A DNA stretch of 64,000 bases from Heptranchias perlo (lineage: Eukaryota), in NCBI RefSeq assembly GCF_035084215.1, contig NC_090335.1, forward strand, positions 47,678,001-47,742,000, read 5' to 3'. Positions 1 to 11,689 of the stretch are shown here, one piece after another. Within the stretch, counting starts at the first letter, position 1, and every line of letters begins with the position of its first letter. Position numbers and translations under genes: made by a program. The notes beneath the pieces were generated by a model. The model made no database searches. It saw only the letters and a list, made by a program, of their open reading frames with translations, and was not told the DNA's origin.

Positions 1-383
1 AGGCCTCCCCATTCAGGTGCAGGGATTAATCCTTGCACCCAGCAAGTTGGCACACATGAATTTGTAGGCCATTATTTTTGGTTCCATATTTATGAATATA
101 CTTGGGAGCTAATGTTTGCAATATAAGAATTTGAAGTAGGACTTTTAGCCTGGTTTCGATTTACAAACATGAGTTTTCTTGTTACTGAATGTGACTTTGC
201 TGCTCTGTCTGAGGAATCTGGACAGATTGAATTACTGTAATCAGAAGTGATGGCTGATGCTGAAAACGTCAACCCATATTTGGATGGATATATTTAAAGT
301 AAATGTTAATTATAGGAATATGTATTCTGACGGATGTCCCATTATTAACGCCTTAACAACTCTGGCTTCAGGTACTTCTGGAG

Positions 384-429
384 CTCTTGCCTTGTCTAGT
401 GCAATCAATTGCACTAGACAAGGCAAGAG
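384..429. repeat. Perfect 22+22 bp inverted repeat with 2-nt spacer
   Basis: ctcttgccttgtctagtgcaat-ca-attgcactagacaaggcaagag. Confidence 0.95.
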
Positions 430-1470
430 ATTAAAAATATCATTAATTTATTTCCTTTAGCCGAAGCCATCGGCCATGCTATGCCACAGCAGCCATTGCA
501 AACATTTCCCTCCCTCCAGCTCAGGCAGGAACCCAGCAGTGATGTAAATTTTGTTGGGAGGCTGCCAACCACATAGAAATGACCTTGACCCTAGGAGATC
601 TGTTGGGATTAGCATTGACTGGAATGGCCAGGTGAAAAGCCCATCCCACCACTGATTCAGCAGCATTCCCGCTGGATCAGAAAACCCTTCTCACAGTATC
701 ACAACTACATATGGCGATATGTGACCTTATCCCTGATTTTGCAATATATTGTAAGCAGCAAATTGGAAAATCAGATGCCCTGTGAATCAATAGTGTGAGA
801 TCAACTGCAAAATTTTCTGATGGATGATTAGGGATGTGAGGTTTGAGAGCCTTTTTGCGCCGTGGAGTTGGGCATTCTTGCATATCTGTACACTAAAGAC
901 ACTGTAAGACGAGAGTTAAAACTCTTTTTGATATTGTGACATTCAGGGAAAGGGTTAACTTTGTCCCTTAAACCTGCAGAACAAGCTTTTGGTTTGTAAA
1001 AACATTGGAACTTAGCCGGGACAGTGAAGGCAGACAGCTCGGCGATGATCCACATAGTGTGTGGAAAGGATCCCATTTTTTTCTGAGGTGTGTTAATACC
1101 AGAGACCAGCCAGAACAATGGAGGAGCAGAAATTGGTAGATAGCTTTTTCAATGTTACATTTGAACATTTAGGCAATCAATTTAAAAACTGCGAACAGGA
1201 ACTACCAGAAATCGTCTAACAGGTTTTTGATGTGCAAAATTCATTGATGGCCACAGACCACAACATCACACCAGGCCATGAAGAGACTATGAATGTAGTC
1301 AAGTCTCCAACACACACAATAATTAGGCAATAGAAGTTTGAAGCACCAACAGGACTATTGAAGACCAATTCTCTGCCATATGAGATCATGGCATCTAGTT
1401 TTAATTGACTTAACTGTCAATCATTGAAGTATGCTAATGATCAAAGCCTAACCTGTCAATCATGAGGTCT

Positions 1471-1607
1471 GCTCCAATCAAAAGCAAAATATTGCAGATG
1501 CTGAAATCTGAAATAAAAACAGAGAATGCTGGAAATACTCAGCAAGTCAGGCAGCATCTGTGAGAAAGAAACAGAGTTAACGTTTCATTTTGATGACCCT
1601 TCATCAG
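1471..1607 (-). mobile_element. Short Penelope-type terminal fragment with decayed hammerhead core
   Basis: Minus strand reads CTGATGA-agggtcatcaaaat-GAAACGTT..cagatgctgcctgacttgctgagtatttccagca. Homologous to 18942-19065. Flanked by atcatgaggtct (1459-1470) and atcctgaggtct (1608-1619). Confidence 0.7.
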
Positions 1608-4600
1608 ATCCTGAGGTCTAATGGTGGTTGAAGCCTAATAAGAGAGGCGATTGGACATGGGTGATGCCTCCCCCAATTCTACATCGCCTTGTTCTAAAAC
1701 AACATTAAAGGAGGCCTCAGGGCAAAAGCTTGGTGTCTCTTACTATGACTGCTGTCAAAGAGCTACAACATCAAAGAAGGAAAAAATCAAAGAAGAACAA
1801 CAGCCTTGAGTGAGGCAGAGTGATCACCCGGTAAACTCAATAACCACTCTTTACTGCGAAAAGGTTATATGAACTTGTACTTGTAATCATTTAAATAAAA
1901 TTGTGTTTAGTCTTAAAGCGATTTGTTCATGTATTTCTTTTCCAAAATTTACCGTCTAGAGTTCAACAACCCCTGGGCACTGGTAGGGACCGGTCTTTGG
2001 ATTGTGTAGTGACAGACCCTACAGGGACCAAAAACTGAGGCCACTCTACAGCCAACTTCATTTTAATCTGTGCATATATCTAAAAAGGATCCCATGTCAA
2101 ACCTTGTTCATGCAGGTGAACGTTTGCTTCCAGTCTTCTGCTTGTCGATAAAAATTGCACGTGGGGGCGAGGGGCGGGAGGGGGGCGGGTGCGGGGTTCA
2201 CCATGGACTGGCAGCTCATGTAGACCTCTTGGAGGGTGAATTCCCTTGCTGTTTTCAGTGCATAAATGGTGCAGGAAATATTTTCAGGCTGGAAAATTGG
2301 GTGGAAGCCGTTTCAGCTACTTACACTCTCAGGCAAATATGGCACAGGTCAAATTTCCTAGGCAAGCTTTTCAAATTAGAGAAGAACTCCCATCAGAAAA
2401 TTTGGCAGGGCTTTCCCTCTGAACTGCATGCCTATGCCATGGGCCAACTCAACTCCATTTTTGTCTTTTTCAAAAAAATAGGGCTAAGTGTACAGGCAAT
2501 GTCATTACCTTCTTTTCAGTGTTGCTACGTCTCCATTTCAATTAGACTACTTTAGGCCAGCCTAAAAGGTCTGCTGGACAATTGTGCAAATGGTGCTGCT
2601 CAGTTGCAGTGGTGCGGATCCACCTAATTGGATCTGAGTCATATATTCTGGCTCCCTGGTACCTGTTCCACTCCTGTGCTGCCAGTATTAGAGGCTGGAA
2701 AATACACTCTATGGTCTACTGATTTGGTGATAAAGGGTCAATTTTGGGAGCCCTGCACCACCAGTACGGCCTAGCACTCAGTGCTTGTGATTTCCCAATA
2801 CAGACTGGCTGTGCTGTGAGGCCCCTTCAGTGGCACTGAGCCTCACAAAATTTACCTTTACAGCTCGGGATTGTGTTTGTTTTGCTGGTAGCTGCTCCTT
2901 CAGTGACTAGACGTGGTAACCTAGATTTTCTGACTAGGCATTAGCCTGACCAGAATTGGGGGCGGTGCTGGATTAACACCCGTCTGACACTCCAGCTTAG
3001 ATTTTCCACTGGTGTCTGCCTGATTTGGAGCAGCAAGCAGGTGGGTGGGAGTGGGAAATAAAGCAGAGATCCGTCAAACTGAATTTCCATCCACATTAGT
3101 ACCCAACCCATTTTTCGCCTTAATTTGTGGCAGCTGGGCGAAGTGCCGATGTCAAACTATAAATTTGATTTGTTATTCATTGGTACAAGGCATTAATACA
3201 GGTAACACACACAACAGTTTGGACTGTGCTGGGAGTGTAGTGCAATAATACCCCAGAAAAACTTAGCAGTTCAGTAATGTTGAGTTGCACATTGCACAAC
3301 ATAGTCACGGAAAGAAGCACACCCTTCTTGGAGATGAAGAACAGTAAACCACAGTGGCAGAGGGTGAGGAGGTGGGTGATGGCAAGGAGTTGGCAGAAGT
3401 AGAGCAGCCACTGCAAAAATCATTAGTTCGCCAGGGCTTGATTCAGGAGTTGTTTTGTGGAGGCCAGTCTTTAGGCTTTATTGGATGTTCTTTGTGTTTC
3501 TTTTTTAAACTCCACCATTCGTTAATGCTTTTATTTATGGGGAAAATGTGAATGTCAGCCTCCCCCGCTGGCAGCGCATACTGGAAATCCGGATGCTTTG
3601 GAAAATTATGGGTAGTGCACACCCAAATTTCTGATATGCACAGCCGGTGGTGAGACTTCCCAATAGTGAAGGTGTCCTGTTTATTTAATGTGATGTGCTG
3701 CTGTGCTTCCCTCTTGTGCTGAGTACTAGTGCACCATGGTCTTTCTACAGTACCATTTCTATAGGATGTATCATTGGGAGGAGTAGCTTTGGAGGTCTGC
3801 TGATGATGTGCTTGTCGTCCACCTCTACATTCTGCAAACCTTGATGGTCGTGCTTTTGTGCCAGAAATAGCAGTTTTAGTATCCGGTACATTATGGGCAC
3901 AGATGGGGTGTACTGGACTGCAAAATCCAGCAGAAATCATTTCCATCATATTGCTACCCAACTTGGGCTTCTCTCCATTTTCCGGGCAGGGCTGGAGCAA
4001 GTGTTGGAAGTTCCTATCTAAAGCAGGCAGAAGGCTCATTAAGATATTCAAAAGAAGCAGGGAAGAAAGCTACTGCATTTCCCAGGCATGCTGAATGTCA
4101 GGTCCACAACATGCCCAGGAAACCTGGTGGGAAGAGAAGCTTAGGGCAGTCCTTCAGGCAGAGGGCCTTTAAAATGTATTTTTTGGACTTTTCTGTGCTC
4201 TTCTTGTTAATTTTTTTCTATTTTCTTTCTGTCGGCACTTAGGCTTTCATGAACCTTCGTGCCAGTTAATTTTTTTTAGCCCCCATCAACCCTTCTTGGC
4301 ATCAATAGATTTGCCAATGGGAATCATCTGAATTGAAGTGTTTGGAAGAAGAGAATGACCTACAGGGGGATGCCAAGCAGGTCAGTCAGCCTGAGAAGTG
4401 CTGTGTGTGCATCTTGCTAGCAGTCAAACACCCATATCTGCAGATGGGGGTGAAATGACCTCCGACGGAGCTCCGAAGGCACATCCTGAAGACATCACTA
4501 TCGTGAATAATTGTTCTCCTGGAAGGTTCTTCAGATGCACCCAATCACAACATATCACGCTTTATGTGGTATTACATGAAAGAAGGCATACCAAGGCAAT

Positions 4601-4889
4601 CAAGAGCCAGCTTTACCGGATTGGCCGCAGCCAACAAGATGCCCCTCACCAATTCTGCAGGCCCTGGCACACCTACCTGCCAATAACCATGCAGATCTGT
4701 CTCCTCATAGCCTGGGTCAGCAGAGAGGCAGAAGTCAAGCAGTGCGATCTGCTGCAAGGACGCCTGAAACTACAACGCAGCATAAAGACTGGCACATGCT
4801 GGGACAATAACCATCACCTGTGGCCTGAAACTTGGTTGCATTTCCTTGTGACCGTGATACAAAGTTGACCTATAAGAATGGTTCTATTT

Positions 4890-5022
4890 ACATGGGTAAG
4901 ATGGGTATAGAGGGATATGGGCCAAGTGCAGGCAATTGGGACTAGCTTAGTGGTATAAACTGGGCGACATGGACATGTTGGGCCGAAGGGCCTGTTTCCA
5001 TGTTGTAACTTCTATGATTCTA
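4890..5022 (+). mobile_element. CR1 LINE 3' end fragment
   Basis: gagggatatgggccaagtgcagg..ggccgaagggcctgtttccatg..tctatgattcta, a typical CR1 3' terminus. Confidence 0.7.
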
Positions 5023-6319
5023 AGTGGCAGAGAGAGCAATCCTCCTCATTAGCATTTCATGTAGCACCCATCACCAGCCATTAAATAGGGGGTCAAGTAC
5101 TGGGCTCCTCCGTACTTTCATTTTTGCCTGCTACTATTTAATCCCCTGTCCCTTTAGTCTTGGCAAAGGCTGCTAATGAGTTGAAAAGCCTTTAAATATT
5201 TTGAAATGCTTGCTGAATTTTTGTTCTCTCATGGTGATACTTCCCTTTAATTGTTCCCCACTCTTTATACTTCATGGAATGCAATTTTCCCCTTCCACCA
5301 CTAATGTCTTCCATAAATCCGTCTGAGTTTGCACCTGGAGTTGTGAATAATGATTCAAATTAGTGTAGACAGGAAATTGAGTACTATTTTGCACTTGATC
5401 TTTCAGGCAGAATTAACATCCTCTCTAACCCAACTTGGAAGAGGGCCCAGCTCGCTTCTATGGTGTTTGCTTCTGGAGTTTGTCTTATCTCTTTTTCAGA
5501 GGCAGTTGCCGACAAAGGAAGTGGTGAAATTTGAGACCAGCTTGCCTGTCCCTGTCTATTTTCCCACATAACCTTGCTGGAGGCTGAGTCATCACTTTGG
5601 TCACTGATCTATGTGAGCGCAGACTGTTTGCATTGCCACCAGGTCCAAATGGTGCTCGGGTGTCTGTCTATGAGTGTGTTAAAGCTGCCTGTTATCACAT
5701 CATTGAGTGTAAATCTCAATGTCTCAACGGCATCAATGTGAGCATTCCTGAGAGATGCTCCGACTGTGCTCAGCAGCCATGCCAGAGGTTGTCCTTGAAG
5801 AAGACTCTAATGCTGCATGTTGCTTAATGACAGAACAGAGAATCTTTGGTGTAAGATATCACCCAACTGGCTACCAGCTGCTTACATTGCTCTCTTCCAA
5901 GAAGGCAAGTAACTGATGCATCTGTTCATGTTCCTGAAATATCTTCCATTCCATAGCTGACCCCATGAGGTCTGTGTCATGAATCAGCTCAAAACAAATT
6001 GACAATATTATCAGCCGGACCTTCTTCAAGCCTCGCTTCCGTCCCTCTCACATCTGTGACTTGTCCTATTTTCTTCCTTTAAATCTTCCGGAGTGAGTGA
6101 CTCTGGCATGGTGCCTGCTTCAAGACATGATGATGCAGAGTGCTATGGCACTGATTGCTTGTTGCTCAGACGGTCTGGCTTGCTGCTCCTGGAGTTCTGA
6201 AATATCTTTAACAAGAAGTAAAGACTACATGTTAAGTACACTTGCATTGATAGGCATGTTGTTGGTATGCAGACAATACATAACACATCTATTAATATCC
6301 ACTAAAATGGGTTAAACAT

Positions 6320-7065
6320 TAGGACGATTGAAGTCATCATCTTCAGCCTCCACCACAAACTCCATACCTATGCCACCAATTCCAGCCCCCTCCCTGGCCA
6401 CTGTCTCAGTTTAAACTAGACTGTCCGCAACCTTGGCATCATCCTATTTGACCCTGAGCTGAACTTCCGATCCCATGTCCTCTCCATCACAAAGAGTGCC
6501 TACTTCCACCTCCATAATATCGTCCTCCTCCACCCCTGCCTCAGCTCATCCATGCCTTTGTCACCTTCCAGACTTGTCTATTGATCTCCTGGCTGGCCTT
6601 CCATGCTCCACACTCTAAACGTCATCTCATCTAAAATTCTTCTGTCCATATCCTATCCCACTCACCCATCACCTCTGTCCTTGCTGACCTACATTGCCCC
6701 TCCCCATCTCTGTAACCTCCTCCAGCCCTACAATATCCCCTCTGCGCACCCCCCACCCCCCACCCCCAAACTCTCCATTTCTCTGACTCTGGCCTTTTGT
6801 GCATTCCTTCCTCCCATTGGTGGCCGTGCTTTCAGCCACATAGGCTCCATGCTCAGTAATTTCCTCCCTAGACCCACCAGCCTCTCGATCTTCCTTCCTC
6901 CTTTAAGACCCTCATTAATACCCATCTCTTTTACTAAGCTTTTGGTCACCTCTTCTAATATCTCCTTCTTTGCTTTGGCATCCACTTTTGTCTGATTATG
7001 TCTCTGTGAAGTGCCTTGGGATTTTTTTTATGTTAAAGACGCAATATAAATGCAAGTTATTGCTG
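6320..7065 (+). mobile_element. Degenerate L2-type LINE 3' fragment
   Basis: gcaaccttggcatc..tttgaccctgagctg..tacttccacctc RT C-terminal remnants, and tail gtgaagtgccttggga..atataaatgcaagtt shared with the SINE tails in this window. Confidence 0.65.
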
Positions 7066-7345
7066 TCATTGCTTCGCTATTTCAGCAGTATCTGTGCAAA
7101 TGCTTTTCAATTGAACACTTAGTTTTGCATTTTTTGTAGTGCACCATAGTTTCGAGAAAGCACACTCAGTGAAACTCTGCATTCCCGTGAGTTAATTAAA
7201 AAAAAGGACAAACAATTTAATTCCATTCAATACGTCGATTGTGTGCTAATAGGAATCGCACTACAAGAAGTTCACTTCTCCTTGAGCTTTGAGACAAATG
7301 ATCCAAGACAAGGTTGTTCTCCTTCGAGATGAGAAGGTTAAGAGG

Positions 7346-8520
7346 CTCTACGTGGCCAGGGTCTGGCCCATTCCCCACCCATTCATCTTCATAGTCACCC
7401 AAGCTATCTTCCACTTTGTCTGGAGTTCCAAGGTAGAACATGTCCGCAGGGACACCATGTACGAACCCCCAGACAAATGGGGGAAGGACATCCCCAATGC
7501 CGCTCTGATCCTGATTGCCACCTTTGTGTGTGGCTGCCTCAGGATATGTGTAGAGTCCCAGTACGTAAACACCAAGTGTCACTAGGTGCTGAGTTTCTAC
7601 CTGTCCATCACACTGAGAAGGCTGTGTCTGGCCACGCTGGCCGAGCAGACGCAGGATATCCCGTCCAGCTGGACCGTACCCCTCCACCTGTCGCAGGTGG
7701 AGAAGTGCCTGAAGGGAAACCCATTCGACCATAAGGCCGTCAGACTGTGGTCGGCACGGAACGTTCTGAGAGTCCTGCAGGGAAAGGGGAGGGTGGACGC
7801 AATCACTTTCTTCCCCGACCAGACAGTAAACGACATTTGGCAGAACGTCCCGTCGCCAAAACTGACCAACAGGCATCAGGATGTAGCCTGGATGGTGGTG
7901 AGAAGGACCCTCCCAGTGCGGTCCTTCCAACATGCATGGAATCTCAGTGCCACCGCGAGCTGCCCTCGAGGCTGCTACGGGGACGAGACTGACGGGCTCG
8001 TCCACCTCCTGATGGGCTGCCCCTTCGTGCAGAAGGTGTGGAGAGAGATGCGTTGATATCAGTCCCGGTTCATCCCAAACAGCTCTGTACCAGAGGTCGC
8101 TGTGCTCTACGGGCTGTTCCTCGGGGCGCACACCAAGACAGACATTACCTGCTGCTGGAAGACCATCAACTTAGTGAAGGAGGCCCTTTGGTCCGCCCGA
8201 AACCTGCTGGTCTTCCAGCTGAAGGTGCTGTCCACAATCGAGTGCTGCCGACTGGCACACTCCAAGGTTCAGGAGTACATGCTGTGGGATGCACTGAGGC
8301 GAGGTGCGGCCTACGCAAAGGCTCCATGGGGAAAGGCCACCGTGTAAGGCCACCCCACCTTGTATTGTACAGATATATTAGAAGATATTCTGAATTGAAA
8401 TAATGAGATCATAATGTACACAATCTGCACTATATTGCTTGAAATTGTGTCTTTTTACATTGAACTGTGTGTATCTTTAAATTTTATGAAATAAGGTATA
8501 TTTTGAAATATAAAAAAAAA
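7346..8520 (+). mobile_element. Tx1-like (L1 clade) LINE, 5'-truncated, disrupted ORF2 C-terminus
   Basis: Broken ORFs with WQNV..LTNRHQDVAW..LPVRSF..CPRGC..ET..HLLMGCPFVQKVW (zf-RVT type zinc knuckle) and ALWSARN. Ends in an A-tail at 8512-8520. Confidence 0.8.
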
Positions 8521-8862
8521 GTGATAGAGGTGTTCAAAATCATGAACGGTTTTGATAGAGTAAATAAGTAGAAACTGTTTCCAGTAGCAGAAGGTTCAGT
8601 GACCAGAGGACACAGATTTAAGGTGATTGGTAAAAGAACCAGAGGCGACATGAGGAAACATTTTTACGCAGAGAGTTGTTATGATTTGGAAAGCATTGCC
8701 TGGAAGCAGATTCAATAATAACTTCAAAACGGAATTGGCTAAATACTTGAAGGGAAAACATTTAGAGGGCTATGGGGAAAGAGCGGGGGAGTGGGACTAA
8801 TTGGATAGCTCTTTCAAAGAGCCTCCTTCTGTGCTGTAATATACTATGACACTATGATACTA
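8521..8862 (+). mobile_element. CR1 LINE 3' fragment (continues from 7311-7345, interrupted by Tx1)
   Basis: Collinear with the CR1 at about 24570-24980 (gatagag.tgttcaaaatcatgaa.ggttttgatagagtaaataag...). Ends in atactatg repeats. Confidence 0.85.
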
Positions 8863-9744
8863 TAACAGTCTTTAATCTAGCGGGAGTGCCTTGATTTCAA
8901 ACAGAATGATAAAGTGTTTAGCAGTCATTGTTGAGAAAGATAAGATAAGCACTGAGTATCCCTATTCGTTATAAGGTCTAACAAAGACAACTCAAGATTC
9001 AATTCTAGTTTAAACCTGAAAAAGCTGCAATGCTACTTCATATTTTCAGCTCTGCAGCATCTTTGATATAACACATTGCTTTCCAAAGTCAAGAGCTTGC
9101 ATGTTTTAGACACAAAATTGTAGATTGCAATGTGAGTAACAAACACAGGTTAGAGGTTATCTTTCTCACATTCTTCTTCTGTCCTTCCAGCTGAGATTTT
9201 CTGCTGCTGGCTTCATATTGTAAATTGTGTGGTAATTCTGTCCTGTCCCCGTCTTCTACGGAAAGGGTGGGGGTGTAGGGACCAGTGGAATAGGAAGAAC
9301 CCGCCTCAAACAGGCAGGACTTTATTTAGGTATCTATCAGGGAGCAAGGACATTCTGCAAGCCATTCTTCAACATCAGGCATGCAGTTTGTTTTTTAACA
9401 TATGAAATGGCCATCCACTGTTACTAAACAATCGGCTGTGGTGGTAGTTGATTTAAAAGCTGCAGGTTTGTACAGAGATCTGGATCATTTTAGTCATTTT
9501 TTATATGCTTTTGCTGTTTATCTCTCCTGCCCAGCACCTCAATACGTATCTCCCGAACTGAGGTGTTGATAGCAGCAGGTATGGACGGGGAGATCAGGCT
9601 GCATCAGAGGTGCTCTGTGCCCCCCATTCATCAGGGCACTCACACCGACATCGACAGACACTCCCTCCCAACATAGACTGAGCTTCCCACCCCCCCCCAA
9701 ATAGACCGAGCTTCACCGCCCCCCCAAACACAGACGGCTAATTC

Positions 9745-11495
9745 CACCCCCCCCCCACAGACTCCTCATTCCCCCCCCAACAGACTCCTCATTCCCCCCC
9801 CAACAGACTCCTCATTCCCCCCCCCACAGACCCCTCATACCCCCCCCACAGACTCCTCATTCCCCCCCCACAGACTCCTCATTCCCCCCCCACAGACTCC
9901 TCATTCCCCCCCCACAGACTCCTCATTCCCCCCCCCACAGACTACTCATTCCCCCCCCCCACAGACTGCTCATTCCCCCCCCACAGACTCCTCATTCCCC
10001 CCCCCCCACAGATTTGTCATTCCCCTCCCCCACAGACTCCTCATCACCCCCCCCCCCCACAGACTCCTCATTCCCACCCCACAGACTCCTCATTCCACCC
10101 CCCCACAGATTTGTCATTCTCCCCCCCCCACAGACTCCTCATCACCCCCCCCACAGACTCCTCATTCCCCCCCCACAGACTCCTCATTCCCCCCCCAACA
10201 AACTACTCATCCCCCCCCGCAGACTCCTCATTCCCCCCCCCACAGACTCCTCATTCCCCCCCCCACAGACTTCTCATTCCCACCCCCAACAGATTCGTCA
10301 TTCTCCCCCCCCCCCACAGACTCCTAATCACGCCCCCCCCACAGACTCCTCATCACCCCCCCCCACAGACTCCTCATTCCCTCCCCCACAAACTACTCAT
10401 CCCCCCCCCCTGCAGACTCCTCATTCCCCCCCCACACAGACTCCTCATTCCCCCCCCACACAGACTCCTCATTCCCCCCCCCACAGACTCCTCATTCCCC
10501 CCCCACAGATTCGTCATTCTCCCCCCCCACAGACTCCTCATCACCCCCCCCACAGACTCCTCATTCCCCCCACCCACAGACTCCTCATCCCCCCCCGCCA
10601 CAGACTCCTCATTCCACCCCCCCCACAGACTACTCATTCCCCCCCCACAGACTCCTCATTCCCCCCCCATAGACTCCTCATTCTCCCCCCACAGACTCCT
10701 CATCCCCCCCCCACAGACTCCTCATCCCCCCCCGCCACAGACTCCTCATTCCCCCCCCCACAGACTACTCATTCCCCCCCCCCACAGACTCCTCATTCCC
10801 CCCCCACAGACTACTCATCCCCCCCCCCACAGACTCCTCATTCTCTCCCCCCCACAGACTCCTCATTCCCCCCCCACAGACTACTCATCCCCCCCCCACA
10901 GACTCCTCATTCCCCACCCCCACAGACTCCTCATTTCCCCCCCCACAGACTCCTCATTCCCCCCCCACAGACTCCTCATTCGCCCCCCCACAAACTACTC
11001 ATTCCCCCCCCCCACAGACTCCTCATTCCCCGCCCCCCACAGACTCCTCATTCGCCCCCCCCACAGACTACTCATTCCCCCCCCCACAGACTCCTCATTC
11101 ACCCCCCCCACAGACTACTCATCACCCCCCCCCACAGACTCCTCATTCTCCCCCCCCCACAGACTCCTCATTCCCCCCCCCCACAGACTCCTCATTCGCC
11201 CCCCCACAAACTACTCATTTCCCCCCCCCACAGACTCCTCATTCGCCCCCCCACAAACTAATAATTTCCCCCCCCCACAAACTCCTCATTCCCCCCCCCA
11301 CAGACTCCTCATTCCCCCCCCACAAACTACTCATTCCCACCCCCCACAGACTCCTCATTCCACCCCCCCACAAACTACTCATTCACCCCCCCACAAGACT
11401 GATCATTCCCCCCCTCCCACAGACTCCTCATTACCCCCCCCCCCCACAGACTGATCATTTCCCCCCCCCCACAGACTGCTCATTCTCTCCCCCCC
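9745..11495. repeat. Minisatellite A, about 21-23 bp unit C(n)ACAGACTCCTCATT
   Basis: Direct tandem repeats with variable C-run length. Confidence 0.97.
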
Positions 11496-11689
11496 TTATA
11501 AAGGTTGGGTCCCCTGTAGTTGAGAATCTTTGCTTGTGGTGTCACGCCAGCAACTGATGTGCCTCAAGTCATAAGAACCAGGAAGCCATCTGTGAGCAGG
11601 CAAGAGGGGAAACTGAGGGCGGGGTGCAGGGGAAATGGAGGCTGGGGAAAAGGGGAAACCGAGGGTAGGGAGGAGGGGAAACGGAGGGC

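Noticed and set aside
90-1168. Short minus-strand ORFs at the window start
   Set aside because: No recognisable domain and no consistent exon chain.
1200-1968. Possible solo LTR (AATAAA at about 1895, ends ttcaaca)
   Set aside because: No matching 5' TG end or TSD identified.
4398-4868. 156-aa ORF possibly from an RTE-like LINE
   Set aside because: No diagnostic motif could be matched with confidence.
7217-8131. 304-aa minus-strand ORF
   Set aside because: Antisense shadow of the GC-rich Tx1 coding strand.
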